A stretch of 64,000 nt of DNA from Ascidiella aspersa (taxonomy: Eukaryota). Both the position numbers and the translations under genes were made by a program. The stretch spans positions 4,836,001 through 4,900,000 of the forward strand of contig OZ004615.1 of the NCBI GenBank assembly GCA_963924565.1, given 5' to 3'. Positions 13,922 to 50,900 of the stretch are shown here, piece after piece. How positions within the stretch are numbered: the stretch's first letter is position 1; each line of letters begins with the position of its first letter. The notes below the pieces were generated by a model. That model was not told the DNA's origin. It saw only the letters and a list, made by a program, of their open reading frames with translations, and made no database searches.

Positions 13922-15024
13922 CCAACGGATTGTTGACGCGTGTATCTGCTGATTTAATTCAATTGAGTTCTTTCTGCAATTTGCGGATCACTGCCAGCTA
14001 CTTCCAAATACCTGTCCATATCAAGGGATTACAGCTTGCTTGGTCAGGAAAAGCTGTTCCTTCACCAAGTGTTTTTTTGCTATTCTAGGGGCCTACACCA
14101 ACGTAATTTAGCCTCAAAAGGTAGGAATTGTTTTCCTAGTTGTTCTATTTTTTAATATTTACCTGCTGTGGAGGAGTTAAACTTTACATATTTCTGAACA
14201 GTTACAGTTTAGGATACCCAAAAAACATATTATTGTATGACCAATGCCTGACATTTTCAAAATATACTAAATTAAATCAGTTAAAGATAATTTTATCAAG
14301 GTTAGGCCAAAATTTTGCTGTAGTTTATTCTTTCGTTTGTTTATCGACTATTTTTAGAAAAATCTACTTTTTGAGATGGAATCAATGGATGTAAAATCCG
14401 AAAAAATTTCAATTAATTTAGTGTTAGATCAGCATTACATGTAATTAAGGTTCATAAAATTATAACACCAATTTAGATAAGAAATACAAAATATTTATGC
14501 TTCATTGGTGTTTAATAGCCTGTTTATAAAAACTAAACTATACTAAAAATGTGTTTATATTTTTGGATATGCGTTTTTGTGTACGGCCACCAAAATCTAA
14601 ACATAAAAAAAAAAGATTTTTTTTTCAAGTTAAGATTCGTTAAACCCCAAATTAAATGCTTGATCAACTTTCGGTAACCTGTTCAAAGCCTAGCTACACA
14701 TAAGAATGTATTTATAGTATCATGGGAAATGCTAATTTCATGTATGTTATGAATTTTTAAGCATGACAAAAGCAGCTTGATTATTGTGTAAATAGCTCAA
14801 AAAGAAAATACTTTCGGGATATCAATTGAAAGCCAAACTATATGCGAGTATGAAGTCACAATATTTTCCCCGAAACTAAATGTTGTGTATGTTAACCAAT
14901 ATATTACCCCTCCTAATTTTCAAGTTGTAAAAAATGGAACTTGTGTAGAAACCTATTAACCTCCCTCTAATCTAACCTCTGTTTTATGCAGGTGTGCACA
15001 CAGGTAACTAGCATGCCCAAGGCA

Positions 15025-37950
<22,926 letters not shown>

Positions 37951-40060
37951 CGCGTGGGCCGCGCGAGATGCCCCCGTTTGAGAAAAGAAAAAACGCCCCC
38001 CCGCCCCTGCCCCCCGCGCAGGCCTCGACCCCCCTCGTGTTGTGTTTGTTGCGTCACAAACAAAATGCCGCGACGACGACGCCGATTTTCTACATCCTCT
38101 CGTTTGCACATTGTGGTGGGAGGGAGGGGGCGGACTTACGGGTGTTGTTGTGGTCGCAGATGCGCCCCCCTCTTTCCTTGCATACACGACGCCCCTGCTC
38201 AAGAATCACACGGACATACAGAGGCACCGGCCGGCCGACAAACTCCACCCACCTCCAGCCAAAATCGACAGGCTTTTTTTGAAGTAACCCCGGAAGAATT
38301 CAAAGTTTCGCGTCACATCGGAAAGAAGGCGCGGAGACGCGGATGAATCACGACGCGCCACCAGAGGGCAGCAGCGGACATTTCACTGTTTCTTTCTTTC
38401 TTGAAGGTGCACGGCCACACGGGGGCGCAGTTCGTGCTTGTGCGCACCATTTTTGCCCTTTTCTCTATCTCGTCTCTTTATTTTTTGTTGTTCTCAAATA
38501 GTTTTTTTCTCGCTCGCCGCATTTTGTGTCGCCCCCCTCCCCTAAGAAATACCCGAGGGGGAATTCCCGGGCTGCCCATGGCGGACGCAATTCACCCTCG
38601 GCGCGACCGTGGCCCCCACCGGGGGTCGTGGGTCCAGGGGAAGTCCCGGCACCCCCATCTCTTTATTCTGTATTTATTTTAGACCCGAACTTAATTTTCT
38701 TGATCGCCATCGGTCGTCGCCCCCCAGCGGGCTTTGCGTGAATCAACTTTATCCGTCAGATGGCGCACGGTAGCGTAGTAGTTGAATAATTCCCCCTTTT
38801 TATTATCTCTCTTTTTCTTGTTCAAATACAGATGCCGCTCTATCGGTTAGCGAACTTGCGCGCGTTTCCCGTTTTTTTCTTTGTGAGAAAAATCGTGTCT
38901 GACCGCGAGTAACCCCGACTTCGGTCCCTAATTGTATCCAATCGGCGATCCGAATTTTTTACCGTTGTACATCGTGCTAGGGTAACCGTTTGTGGCAAGC
39001 ATAATCACGTTTTATTACTATTATTCTTTATTATTGTTGTTGCTAGTTGCATTGCGCGCGCGACCGTCTATGAAACCACGCGCGCGACCCCCCAACCCCC
39101 TCTTTTTTCTTCCTTTCTCTCGCTTTCTCACTACTCTTGTCGTCGTCGTGACGTCACAGACACTTGACAATCGCGGCGATTGTGACGTAGTCGTCTCGCG
39201 GTGGTGTCGGTCGGTTGTTACTCCTTTTTTTCTTGCTTCTCTCTTTTCGTCTAACTACTACAATTTTATCTGTGTAGATGAATTTGCGTTTTTTTCGAGT
39301 CCCACCCCTTAACCCTTCACCCCTCTCGACGACAGCATAACACCCCGAAACCCTTTTATTGTAGACCCCTACCCCCAACCCCCCTACCCAGCAACGCGCG
39401 GTGCTATAAACCCCCCATCTCGGGCCCTTGTCCACTACCACTTGGTGCACATCCAGCCTTTTTCCCACCTTTCCTAAACAATAGACGACCCAGAGTGCCA
39501 CATAAATCGCTCTCTCAAAAGCCGAGCCAAGGGGCTGTTTTGCCCCAGTTGAATCCTGTGGTTTCACCCCTAGGGGCCGTCTCCCCACCCCTCCCCCACC
39601 TATCGCCCACTACCCCGCTTTTTTCCTCTCTTTCTGCCGAACCAACATGTCCCTTTATATATTTTTAAATCGACTGTAATTAGGGTTTGTCAGGACGCGG
39701 CGGTTCGAGTAAACAAAAAATTTTGCCCGACCGGTGTGGTGCTTTCTGCTCCAGCAAGTAGGCTACACGTTTGTTGTTGTAGTTCAGTCAGTTTCAGTGC
39801 AGGAATACCGTACTGGGCGTTTACCGGTCAGTGGTTCGGTTTTACGAAGCTTTAATGCATTGTCTTGATCGTTTTTTACATTGTGCCATTTTTACGAAAG
39901 CCACTTTTAAGCGTGGAACTTTGAGGACTTTTTTGTCCAGTAGCACTGTGCTGCAACATAGAAGTTTCTATCTCAGAGTTTAAATTCAAACACTCCTAAA
40001 TTAGTTTACAAACCGCATGAAAAGGCAAAATGTGAATAAAAAAACTAAGAAATTGAACAG
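37951..40060 (+). other. Probable Gs-alpha 3'UTR (~2.1 kb, C/pyrimidine-rich) with candidate poly(A) signal AATAAA at 40035-40040
   Basis: GC-rich, low-complexity non-coding sequence after the stop codon; first clear AATAAA I found is at 40035. The exact 3' end is unverified. Confidence 0.55.
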
Positions 40061-42300
40061 AAAGAAATTTTAGCATGAAAGTACATTTTATGGCAAATCG
40101 ATTTAACCAGTGTATGTAATTTAGGTCAGGTGTAGCCAAATACATTAATTAGTCTTTATCAGGTTTTAAAGATGTATATTTTTCACACTTTTTTATCTAG
40201 TTTAATAAACTAGGCCCAAAGTGGAAAGACAAGCTTTTTTTAGCAGGATACGATATAAGGACAAAAAAGTTTTTGTGAACAACAAAACATTGAATAGCAA
40301 TAACTAGATCGAAAAAAGGCTACAACGCACAAGCGTGTGTCATAGCATATAAAGCTCATCTTAATTTATAAAACATTGTGCAATGGGCAAAATAAGAGTT
40401 TGCCATGGACGTTCCTCGTATCAGCTGGTCTTATTCGCAACAAAACGGCACTGAATCATTCTGTTGTTTAAAGTTGGTCTTCCAAAAATGAAAAGGCATA
40501 AAAAGTTGAATGTATATTGAGGTCGTCACAAAATTCCGACTTGGGGGCAATCAGGAATATACCTAAACATAGTTTGCTTCCAAATAATACGTTAATTAAT
40601 AATTATGTTACAAGAGCTATTGGATGCTTATTTAAACTGCCCCACCTCTTCTTATGTAGGCCTTTCATCAAGGGTTTTTAAATACATTTACTGATTTCAG
40701 TGTCCACACTTCACTTGGATATTCCACAGATTCGTGGCCTTGGCTAAGGTAAGTAAATCAGAAAAACGCACACTTAAGTGTAAGTTACTAACAGTATTTG
40801 TCGAATAGTGTAGAGCCTACTCCACAGCTCGTGTTGGTATCCAATCTATGATTTAAAACAAATCAATCGAAAGTTAAATTAATGAGTTTTAAAACCCAAA
40901 ACTGTTAATCCTCTTAAAAAGCAAAAATACCCTTTCTCCATAAATTAACTACGTAGGTAATGCAAGTATTTTTTAGTTTAACATAAATGTTAATCATCAA
41001 TCGATTGTTTTTGTTACTTTATTCACCCTTGAGCGAAAGAAAAAACTTTGCTGTAAAGCAGGACTTCTTAAACAATTTCAGGCGCATTTGAAAAATAACA
41101 AAATTCTACGCGCAGTTGTACACCAGGGTGGGCGAAAGAGGCTTGTGCAAAGCTTTTTACTGTATTTGCACTTAGAGGAAATCTATTCAGCCTAACCCTA
41201 AAGCGCCGAGTCCAGTGAGCACTGATTAACCCTGAACAAAGAACGTTGCGTCATCCTAATCTTTATAAATGCATTTTGTCCAGATTTGTGCGAACGCAAT
41301 GCGTCCTTTAAAGATACCAATCATTGAGAGTAAAACGCCCCTATTTGAATTACACCTAAAACTACATTAACGAATAAATTTACACGCATAATAAATGTCA
41401 TTTTTGAGCAACAATATAAATGCGTATTTAGTTTAGGCTACAACTCGTCATACTCTTAAATGAAAAGTTTTGCCAATTGTAATCGAGTAAACATTTTTTG
41501 TGCGATTTGCAAGAACGAGTTGTCGCCTTCTCCTTAATTTTAATAACACTAAATTTTCAATTTTATAGATGTCCTGTTTCCGCCTCTGATTGAACGTTCT
41601 AATAATAAATTGTTGAAAAGATGTTGGCGGAAATTTATTACAGCTCGCCGGGACCTGCAAACATGCTCCAAAATACCTGTAAATGTCAGTGTAATAGGCT
41701 ATTGAACTTTGTTTTGTAAAGAAACCTATTTTAAAAAATTGATGGAGTCCGTCAATATTTCAAGAAAGCAATGTGGCCATAGCGAGATAGAAAAGTAAAA
41801 AAACACAGCTCTAAAGTCCTGTTGGTAAACAAATTATCTGCTCTCAAAAGGCGTTAAACAAGTGTTGCCTAGGTAAGCCTATAAAGGCTGCAGTTCGTGA
41901 TAAAAGCATGGAGAACTATTTTATAACAGAAAAAATGGAGTAAAAAAATATATATTTGTCGCGAATTCTGCAAAAAACAGCAAAAATTTTTTTTTAATCA
42001 TAAAATTCCATAATACTCTTTAAAAAAAGTATCATGTTTGCCTCAGCAAGATTGGAAAAGCAATATTGACCATCGCACGTTGTTGTTTATGAAAAAATGT
42101 AAGGGCCTACAGCCAATTTCTTTTAACGGGTAATTTTTTCTGTGTATGCTTTATACGTGCAAAAGAACTTGCTCGTGATACACATTTGGTTAAATCGGTT
42201 TGGTTGCTTCTGTTTAAAAAAAAAACTGCTGGGGTAGCTAACTTATTGAATTCAAAGCAGGGTTACACTATATGGGTAAAGTATATTACTAGGACTAGGC

Positions 42301-42669
42301 CAATGGTTCTCAACCTTTTTTCTCTCGTGGCCCATTTTCGTTGCACAAAAATTCTGTGGCCCAATAATTTTGATGAAAGAACAAACTATAAAAAATGTTT
42401 ATAAAAAAAAATAGCGAAGCATATGTCAAAACGGATTATTTAATCAACCGTGTATTAGTGAGGTACTTGCTTCTGAACGATAAATTTACGTTTCATTTAC
42501 ATTCCTTCTCAATTCCTTCCCAAGCCAATATTCCTGTAAAATTAAGTATAGTGACACAGATAAAACTAAATGTTTCAATAAATCTAGCTGTTTTAAATTG
42601 GTCTGTGACCCACCTAAAATGTTTATAGGGCCCACCAGTGAGCCATGGCCCACTGGTTGAGAACCGCTG
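42301..42669. mobile_element. Non-autonomous hAT (Charlie-like) element
   Basis: TIR CAATGGTTCTCAACC...GGTTGAGAACCGCTG; perfect TSD GACTAGGC (42293-42300, 42670-42677). Confidence 0.93.
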
Positions 42670-42939
42670 GACTAGGCTTACAATTTAACACAGAAAGTTA
42701 TACTGAGTTAAATAACTAAATTTAAACTACAATAACGTTTAAGAAGGTCGCAAGTTTTAAAAATCATTACTTGCTTAAAGTTTAAACAAATATACTATTT
42801 TTACCATACCATTGTTGTATTTTTGACTTGCACAAATAAAAATCAGTGTAGGTATATTTTATTGCAGAAAAATACGTTACTAGTTAACGTTGGTTAAATT
42901 AATTGTGAGCTATATTAAATTAAAACTACTGAAACAAAT

Positions 42940-43536
42940 ATAATCTCCCGCACGTGGGCTTGCTAAAGCAGAAAACGCTTTCGAGCGGGGACTTTACCTG
43001 GCGTGAATTTTGGGCGGCCAGACATCCTTTGTGAAATATTCGAAGCAACTTTCAAAAACGTCTAGGCGGCGGCTCAGCACATATTGCGCCTTTTTTATTT
43101 GCCTTGTGTTATGTCGCCTTTTAAAAATCAAGCCAGTCCTAAGTCGCACATTTTAAGCGGTGTAGATTTCATATCATATCTCGTTTAAACGCGGCAACAG
43201 GCGTGGTCGTAGCGAAACGCGCCCAAAATGCACCAACGACTGTTCACTAGGCCGCGCTCTCCAAAGAGCGGCGCGTCACGGTATGACGTCACGCGGCATC
43301 AGCTGGTCGTTTTTTCGCTTGGCGCCGGCGCGAGGCTTCGCGCGCAATGAATCAATGAGCTGGATAGAACGGGCTGGGACCGTCTTCTTCGTCGACTTCC
43401 TTTGCAGCGTACGGCCGGGTGCCCCGAAATTTAATCAGACGAATTTCTGGAATGGTAGCCGCGCCTGCTCGACAGCCTTTCGGACAACTGCAGAAGCAAT
43501 ATTAATGCCTGACAAAAAGGACGCGAAAAAGTGAAG
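42940..43536 (+). promoter_or_regulatory. CpG-rich cyclin E distal promoter and likely non-coding first exon
   Basis: E2F-like sites (CGCGCCCAAAA 43218-43228, TTTTGGGCGG ~43007, TTCGCGCGC ~43336), CRE TGACGTCA 43284-43291, strong donor AAG|GTAAAT after 43536. Cyclin E is an established E2F target. Confidence 0.65.
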
Positions 43537-44907
43537 GTAAATGTATTGGTGCCGCTGTTTTATGTTTTCTGTTTTAAGGCGTTAACAGTTATATGTGGTG
43601 TAGTATGATAAATGTTGTGATCAAAATATGACTTTTTAAATATTTCCCCAATTAAACAATTCTGCCTTGTTCATTTGCTAATGCAACAATATTTATTATA
43701 GCTTTTTTAAATGACATGTAGCAACAGTTAATGGCCTATATATCCTTGTTTTATTTATAATTTAACCAGTCAATCAGGTAGGTTAGGTTAAATAAAGGAG
43801 CTTTAATTAATAACTTTATATCTTATGTTTTAAATTGTACCTTTGCCATTTTTATTTTTTTATTTCTGTTGATGGTCTCACCCTAATTTTTTTTTATTCA
43901 ATTTTTACAAAGCCCAAACACCGGGGTAAACTGAATGTATAAAGATATACTTCTACCTTGGCACGGTAGTTTTATACACCCTGCAACAACTTAACCAGTT
44001 GAAACATCAAGCATTAACCTGACTAGTCAGTAGCCAAAAAACAGTAGCTTAGAAAAAGTCAGTGGCATGAAAGATTATAATATTACAATGTTTCAATGAA
44101 ATTCACACATTGTAGTTGACGTCACTATACACGTGACGTAAAAGTAGGCTAAATGCTACAGAGTGTATCAATTCTGGTATAAACCGTTCATTAATAGTGT
44201 GTTTATTAAAACACTGATACATATGTCAAATTATTCAACAGTCCTTAGTTGTTCAAGAATCCTGACAATGTAATTATTAAGCTGTTTCATCCTTCCTTTT
44301 TACCAATATTATCAGTGCAGTGGCTTCGCCGAAAGTCTGTACCACCATAAATCTCACTTCACTTAGTTTTAGTAAATTTTTGTCAAATTGGAGATTTAAT
44401 GTGTCCGCTAATTGGAAGTAGTGATACAGCAGTAGTTTACATCAAGCTAAAAAATTAACAAAAACACTTCAGTGCCATTAAATTTAATTATAGGTGTCAT
44501 CAATTTATATATATTCATTGGCCTGAAACTGAATAAACGTATAGTGACATGAAATTGCTATCCGAAAAATTCTCCCTAAAGATATCTCTATAATACATAA
44601 ATACGACCTATGCTAATCATTCTGTCCATCAACATCCATAACTTTCACTATGTGCTGCAGGCAAAAATCCATATGCTAATTAGTAGCATGGTGTGTGTCC
44701 TGCTTTCACATTGCCCAGTTAAATAACATGTTTATCAAATCAAACTTTTTTTTTGCATACTGAAAAAAGCTTGACTTGGTCCAATGAGTTTTTTTATGTG
44801 GATAATGTACCATGTTTTTGATGCAACATCATTATTTTTTTTAATTTTGAAATTTACAATGTATTGTTTTTTTCTGCAGTTAACAGAAGCACTAGTTTTC
44901 ACATACA

Positions 44908-47900
44908 ATGATCAAAAACAGGTAAACTATTTGTTATACACTTTTTTGTAAGTAATATTAACTATATTTTGTTTACTACATATTAAGTTCAATACAAAAG
45001 CTGTCTAAAAACATTTACGGAAATATATATATGTTGCTGTATTCTATTTCATAGCTATGTGAAGCATTGCAAACAGGTAAACACTCCATAGCGTATTTCA
45101 AAGAAATAATTTGCATATACTGCAATTTTTTAGTCGTTACTTTGATTTCATTGTCATGGCGTATTGCACATAAAATATTTCTCAGAAATCGCACCCAAAT
45201 CGCTAAACTTCCCATCGCCGGTTTCGAACCGTTGTTGCGAAAACCTTCGGAACTTGCGAGCCGCTTCTCCCGTGACGCGTCGTATGCACTTTGCGCGGTA
45301 AATAAAGCCGGCGGGCGAGGCAGCGTTTAGTTAGCGCGCCAGTGAAGTCTCTGTCTTTCATGTGTCGTGTTGATTTTGCGTGCGAACGATCTCGCAGCGA
45401 CCTTTGCCGAAATCGGCTCGACTCTTGTAGTGTTTACAAAAAAACTATCCCGCCTGTGAAGTTTTCCACGTAACACTTAAATGACGTTTTACATTTTGAC
45501 CATTGCTTATGTCTATTAGTTGTGTCTTGATTAAATAATGACCACATATAGTTTAAAAAAATTAAGTTAATAACCGGTCAAGGGAAATAGCATGAACAGA
45601 TTGTTAAAATTGATGGTTTTCCAATGTATGTATTCCAATCTTTATGGCATCAAACCCCAGAAGTTACATGAAAATTTGCTATGTTTATGGTTACAGTTCT
45701 ATCCGAGACGTTTAGTTACTTTGTCCGCCATATTGCCCAATTTAGCGCAGGTAACATTTTGTGTTTGTGCTTTACTATCTTGGTAGGTTCAGCAGAACAG
45801 TCAGTCAATAAAACAATGATGGGAAAGCACAAAGAGGCAAAAAAAACTTAAATCGAATTTCCCCGTCAGGCAACTATCCTACGTTAAACATCGCCCTTCG
45901 TATTTATAATCCCATGGTAATAACGATTAAAACAATAAGGAGTTCCACCAGGCAGCCAGCAATAATTAGGGTCGAACTCGGTGCTAGGACGCTGTTGCAA
46001 CCACTTCCGCCAGACGCTTGGGATTTTTTCCTCGCGCTTTCGACGCAGTAGCAGCGGCCTGTGTGACGCGACAAAGAAAAGACGCGCGTAATAATCGCGA
46101 GTCTTGCACCTCTCCGTCGTTTTATCGCGCGCGGCGCTGGGCTTGGGGCAGGTGCAATGCGAGACGCCGCTGGAGGTGTGGACCTTCTTTGTTTTGCTGT
46201 CGCGACTAGAGCGAACGCCCCCTTTTCTCTGCTACTGCTGTAGTTTTGCTGTTTTCGCACCTGCAACCTGTGCGGTTGAGCAGTGTGTTTTTGGGTTCTC
46301 TTGAAAACTAAAAAATGCCTTCGTTAGCTAGAGGTGCGAACTTGATTAGGTTTGGAAAAAAAAGAAAAAAGCTGTCAAAGGCTAGCTTTATACATCGTGT
46401 TTTTGGGTTGAAACTAAAAAAATGCCTTTGTGAGCTAGAGGTGCGACCTTGATAAGGTTTGGAGAAAAAATAAATATATGTGAATGACTAGCTTTATACA
46501 CCTGTGTTTGGAACATTTAGAAGACGTGCTTTGTTGTTATGCCAGTTTCAGGTTAGCTGTGAGTTGGTTTTGTTTAGTTTTCAGTTCTAATTCGTTGTGT
46601 TTACTTGCTGTTGGTTTATCTTTGGGCATGCGTTGAACATAAAAGAAGGAAAATAAGTTGGAATATCAAGCTCAAACAGAAATAGATTTTGTGAAAAATT
46701 CTAATATTTATTTATTCGAAATGTAAACAAAATGCTGCCTTTATACGTAGAGGCTTTTGAGTTTCGTTATACGCCCGACAACAACCTTTGTTCTCGAACC
46801 AGTATGATTGGTGCGAGTTTTATTAAGCCTTAAAAAAAAACAGTAGTTTAGGAAAAATGAGCGCCCGGCATAATAGAATGTCCACACCTGTGTTTTTTTA
46901 TAATGTCCAGAACTGTACGCTGTTCGTTATGCTAGTTTTAAGTTAGCTTTATAAAGTTGAAAGCCACTATGCGTTTACTTGCTGTTCAAAGCATTGACAG
47001 TGCATCGACTGAATCTTGCCTTTCAAATGAAGAAATCGGTTGTGAAGGTCTTTTGTGTATTTGCGCCTATTTGAAGTTGTGCTAGGTTTAGCTTAGCTTG
47101 AGATTATATCTTTAACCAGGACGCCATGCCACCAGCGTTCATGGCTTGTGCTGCAGTATGATAAAGTAAAGTTGGTCGAAGTTTGGCCTACTTTTGCAAA
47201 ATATTTCGCCCGGCTAAACTCCAAACAAAAGCTTTTGCATTTGTAATGCACAGCAAATTGTTTTTGTTGCTATGCAAGCGTATCCGTTCAAGGTATATAA
47301 CGTTGATTGAAAAGCTTTTACAACTTTTTAAAAACACAAGCACATGTAGAATGTAGAGGTCGATTGCAACTTAGCAAAACATAACTTTCCTTGCTGGACA
47401 ATTTGTCCGTAAAGGCATCACAATGCGAGAAACGTGAAACGTTTTGTCAAGCACACAGTTAGCTTATTTAAAATACTAGCGTTTAAGAGGCATCTATATA
47501 ACACCGATATAGCTTCAGTATAAGATTCCGTTTTAAAATAACACGGTGGCTGGGAAAACACACTTGCTCTAACTGGGCGGTGTTTTAAACAAGGCATTTT
47601 CACACAAAGCCAGGATCAAGACCAAAGTAAATTTAGAGAAAGGAGCGAATATTCGGCTGTGTTTTTTTTTGCATAGTTATCACCTATCAGATATATTTTT
47701 GGCGAAATGGTCATTGGGCCGTTTTCGGTTGTATTATATCATTCACCTATGCCCCTTGCTGTTCGCATTACCAGCGTTTAAACATCAATGCGGGCGGTAT
47801 AGGTCGCCCCCCGCTTATATATACAAAAAGAAAATAGGCGACGGTAGAGCGGATCTCTGGAAGCTGATAGCTGCAGACAATTAGCCGCGTGCCAGAAACT

Positions 47901-50900
47901 GCTATATAACTCCAACCAACCAATCAGCAAGCAAGCAACCAGCCAACCAAGAGTTGACAAACCGCTGTCGCTCTGCACTTTGTCAGTTGCTTCCTGCCCG
48001 GCTGTGTGTTTGGGAATGTAATTAATGGCAGAGACGAGCGTTCGAGCGCCGTCCTATACAGCCGTAAGTGGATTAGGCGCTTTTTGAAAGAGAAAACTCC
48101 CGCGCGATGTTCGCGACCTGCAAAGATGCAGCCTCCTGGCTTTCTAATAAGCAAAAAATCGCCGTAATCCAATGGTATTCCAGGTTTTCCTTCGATCAAT
48201 GCCGTTTCAATTGGTGAGAATCGCTTAAATCCGTATTAATCCGAACGTTGCCGGAAAAGATTATGTGTAATTGGTCCGTTTGGAAAAATTGGAGTCGAAC
48301 GAATATCGGAAGCTGTTTTTAAGAGGTGTACTTTAGCCGTGTCCGAATTTCCCACTTGCTAAATAACATAAGCCTCTGTGTTTAATTTTTTTACCGCTAG
48401 ACGGTATACGAGAGTTACGCTGATAGCAGATACCTGTAGGAACCTGTATGTTGGTTACATGTATTGGTGCTTAGTGACAACGCAGACCGGAAATATTGCA
48501 AACTTTTTCGTTTTAAATAAATGAGGCTAATTTTCTTCGTAATGCAAGAACCGGCGCATGCGTGGTTTGCTGGATGTTTATTGCCGCCCTAATCCCCGTG
48601 GGTTGTATTTATGGCGCGAATCGAGCGGTCTGGCCCTGTTATCTGTCTATTACACAAAGTCTAAGTCGGTTTTTGGACGCCGTGCCGCATTGTAGACGGG
48701 CGCGCTGCGGCCCTCTTGCCCTAATTTCATTGTTGCACCCGCCAGGACCATCGGTCCACCTCCCCCCACCATCAAGGACCTTTTCTCCCTTTTCCCAGAT
48801 CGCGGCTTTATAAAACTGCGTCGATTAGGCGGCTTTGGCATTTTTTTTCTATTGTCGTTTGGCTCGAGCGCGTGCATTGTTTAATGCAAAACGTTGCAAG
48901 TCATTTAGTAAGTGAGTCAGTCAGTGAGTTTCGGTCATATGGAAAGCAACGTGGAATCAGTGCACGGGTTTTCAGCTAGGCATGTGTGATAATATTGAAT
49001 CAAAGCTGGTACCTGTTTTATAAAAGAAAAAGCTCAATGCATTAATATGATATTTATATAAAAAAGGCTTCAAACTACTAAAAGCTACCTTCACAGTCAC
49101 ACTATTTGCATAATACAAATTTACTGTTGACTGTATTGCTCTTTACTGTGTTTTTTTTCAACGAGGTTTCATGTGTAGCTAGATTTTCGGTGCAATGAGA
49201 TTATTCTTAGTTTAGTTTGCAAAACTAAATCTTTTCTATAAATATAAACATATTTTTATAACATTAAACTTAGTTATTTGGCTCTTGTTATAAAGCAAAC
49301 CGTACATTGTTGTTTTTTCAGTGAGTTTTTTTTATTTATTTATTTTAAACCAATGCTATTTGCAACTTTTACCAAATCCGTGTCTACACAGTCATGATTG
49401 GCAGGTAAGGTAGTGTGATTTCCACAAATCGTTGGCTCAATTTTCGCGAGCTGCTTTCAAACTCTGCATTTTTCTCCTTTGCAGTAAATCTGAAGTCGCG
49501 AAGAAGATCCAAAGAATCAAGAAAGTCGGCCCTGTCAAGAAAGACAAACTTCTGACGGAGACGAGCAAGGCCAAAAAGCGAACGAGAGAACCCGAGTCAG
49601 CCAGCAAAGAAAAGAAAGGAACTGCTGCAGAGGTACGGATCAAGATTTTTAGGGCTGATGTTTCTGTGTCGCTTAGTTTAAAGGAAGTGTTTCTTCGCTT
49701 TGCTTCATAAAAGCGATAGTTGACTTTTAAAGTAAATCATTCAAGTGAATGTATCGCAATGTGCTTTAAACTAAAACGTTTAAGGAATTAAACAACAAAT
49801 GACGTTATTACCGTAGTAAACTAAATAAAATTTGCAAAATTTTTCTTCAGCCCTACTGCACTCCATTCACCAAATTCAAAAACTATTTGCCCGTAATATC
49901 CCAACTATACATAATGAGTTTTTTGTGATATTTGTACATTGCAAAGATGTACTTGAGGTACGCATTACGATTACAATAAACTTCATATTTATAAATAAGA
50001 GGATGCAAAAATATATGAAGGCAATGAGCGATCCGACATATATTTTAAAAACGGCGACGTTTATTAGAAAATTTAGATCAAGTAACTAGAATTTCATTTA
50101 CTCTGCGGTGAAACATTTACCATTAAAAGAAACATTGTCCCATAATATCGGATCGACACATATACCGCTCGATATGAGGTATCGGCTGCCGAAACATCAG
50201 AAACATCCGTTATTCTCCGAAAAAAAAAACTAGATTTGTTGAGTTTCATTTATGTATTGTTGAATTTTTTCCGATTCTTTTTTTTCCAGAGTTTCTGTTA
50301 ATATAATCGACCCCCCCCCCCCCATTTTCTTTTTCAAAACCAACGAATGTATGACGTAGGGACTCTACAAAAGTATCCCGCCATGCTTTAAAGTCTTTTC
50401 CCAATTCCCAATCGGCCCCGCCCATACAATACACAACACTGGTTTGTGTACACAACGATAGGATTATGCCAGAAACAAGTTGTTCGTATTTAAATCAATT
50501 TGCGATCGTGGTACACACTTTGTCAATGGTGCCTTATTGTGCCAATTAGGGCCCCATGGGCATACAGGTCCTCTGTTTTCTACATCTTTAAATACTTAAC
50601 CCGTCTTAATAGAAACTTGATTTTGATAGAAGTTGTTACTTAACCTCAAACCTCATTGGCTCATTTGTATACTGGTCCTTTGTTTTCTACATCTTAAAAA
50701 TATTTAACTTGTCTTAATCCAAACCTGATTTTGATGTAAATTTGTTTTCGACCTCATTAGCCTGGCTTGTTTAAACTTTTTTATTACCCTGTTGTCCAAT
50801 ATGCTTGCAAGTGATATCATTTGATTTTGTTATGTTTTTCAACAACATCTAACTGTTTTTAAATCAGTGCACATTCGATATTGCCTTTGGCTACGCCCGT

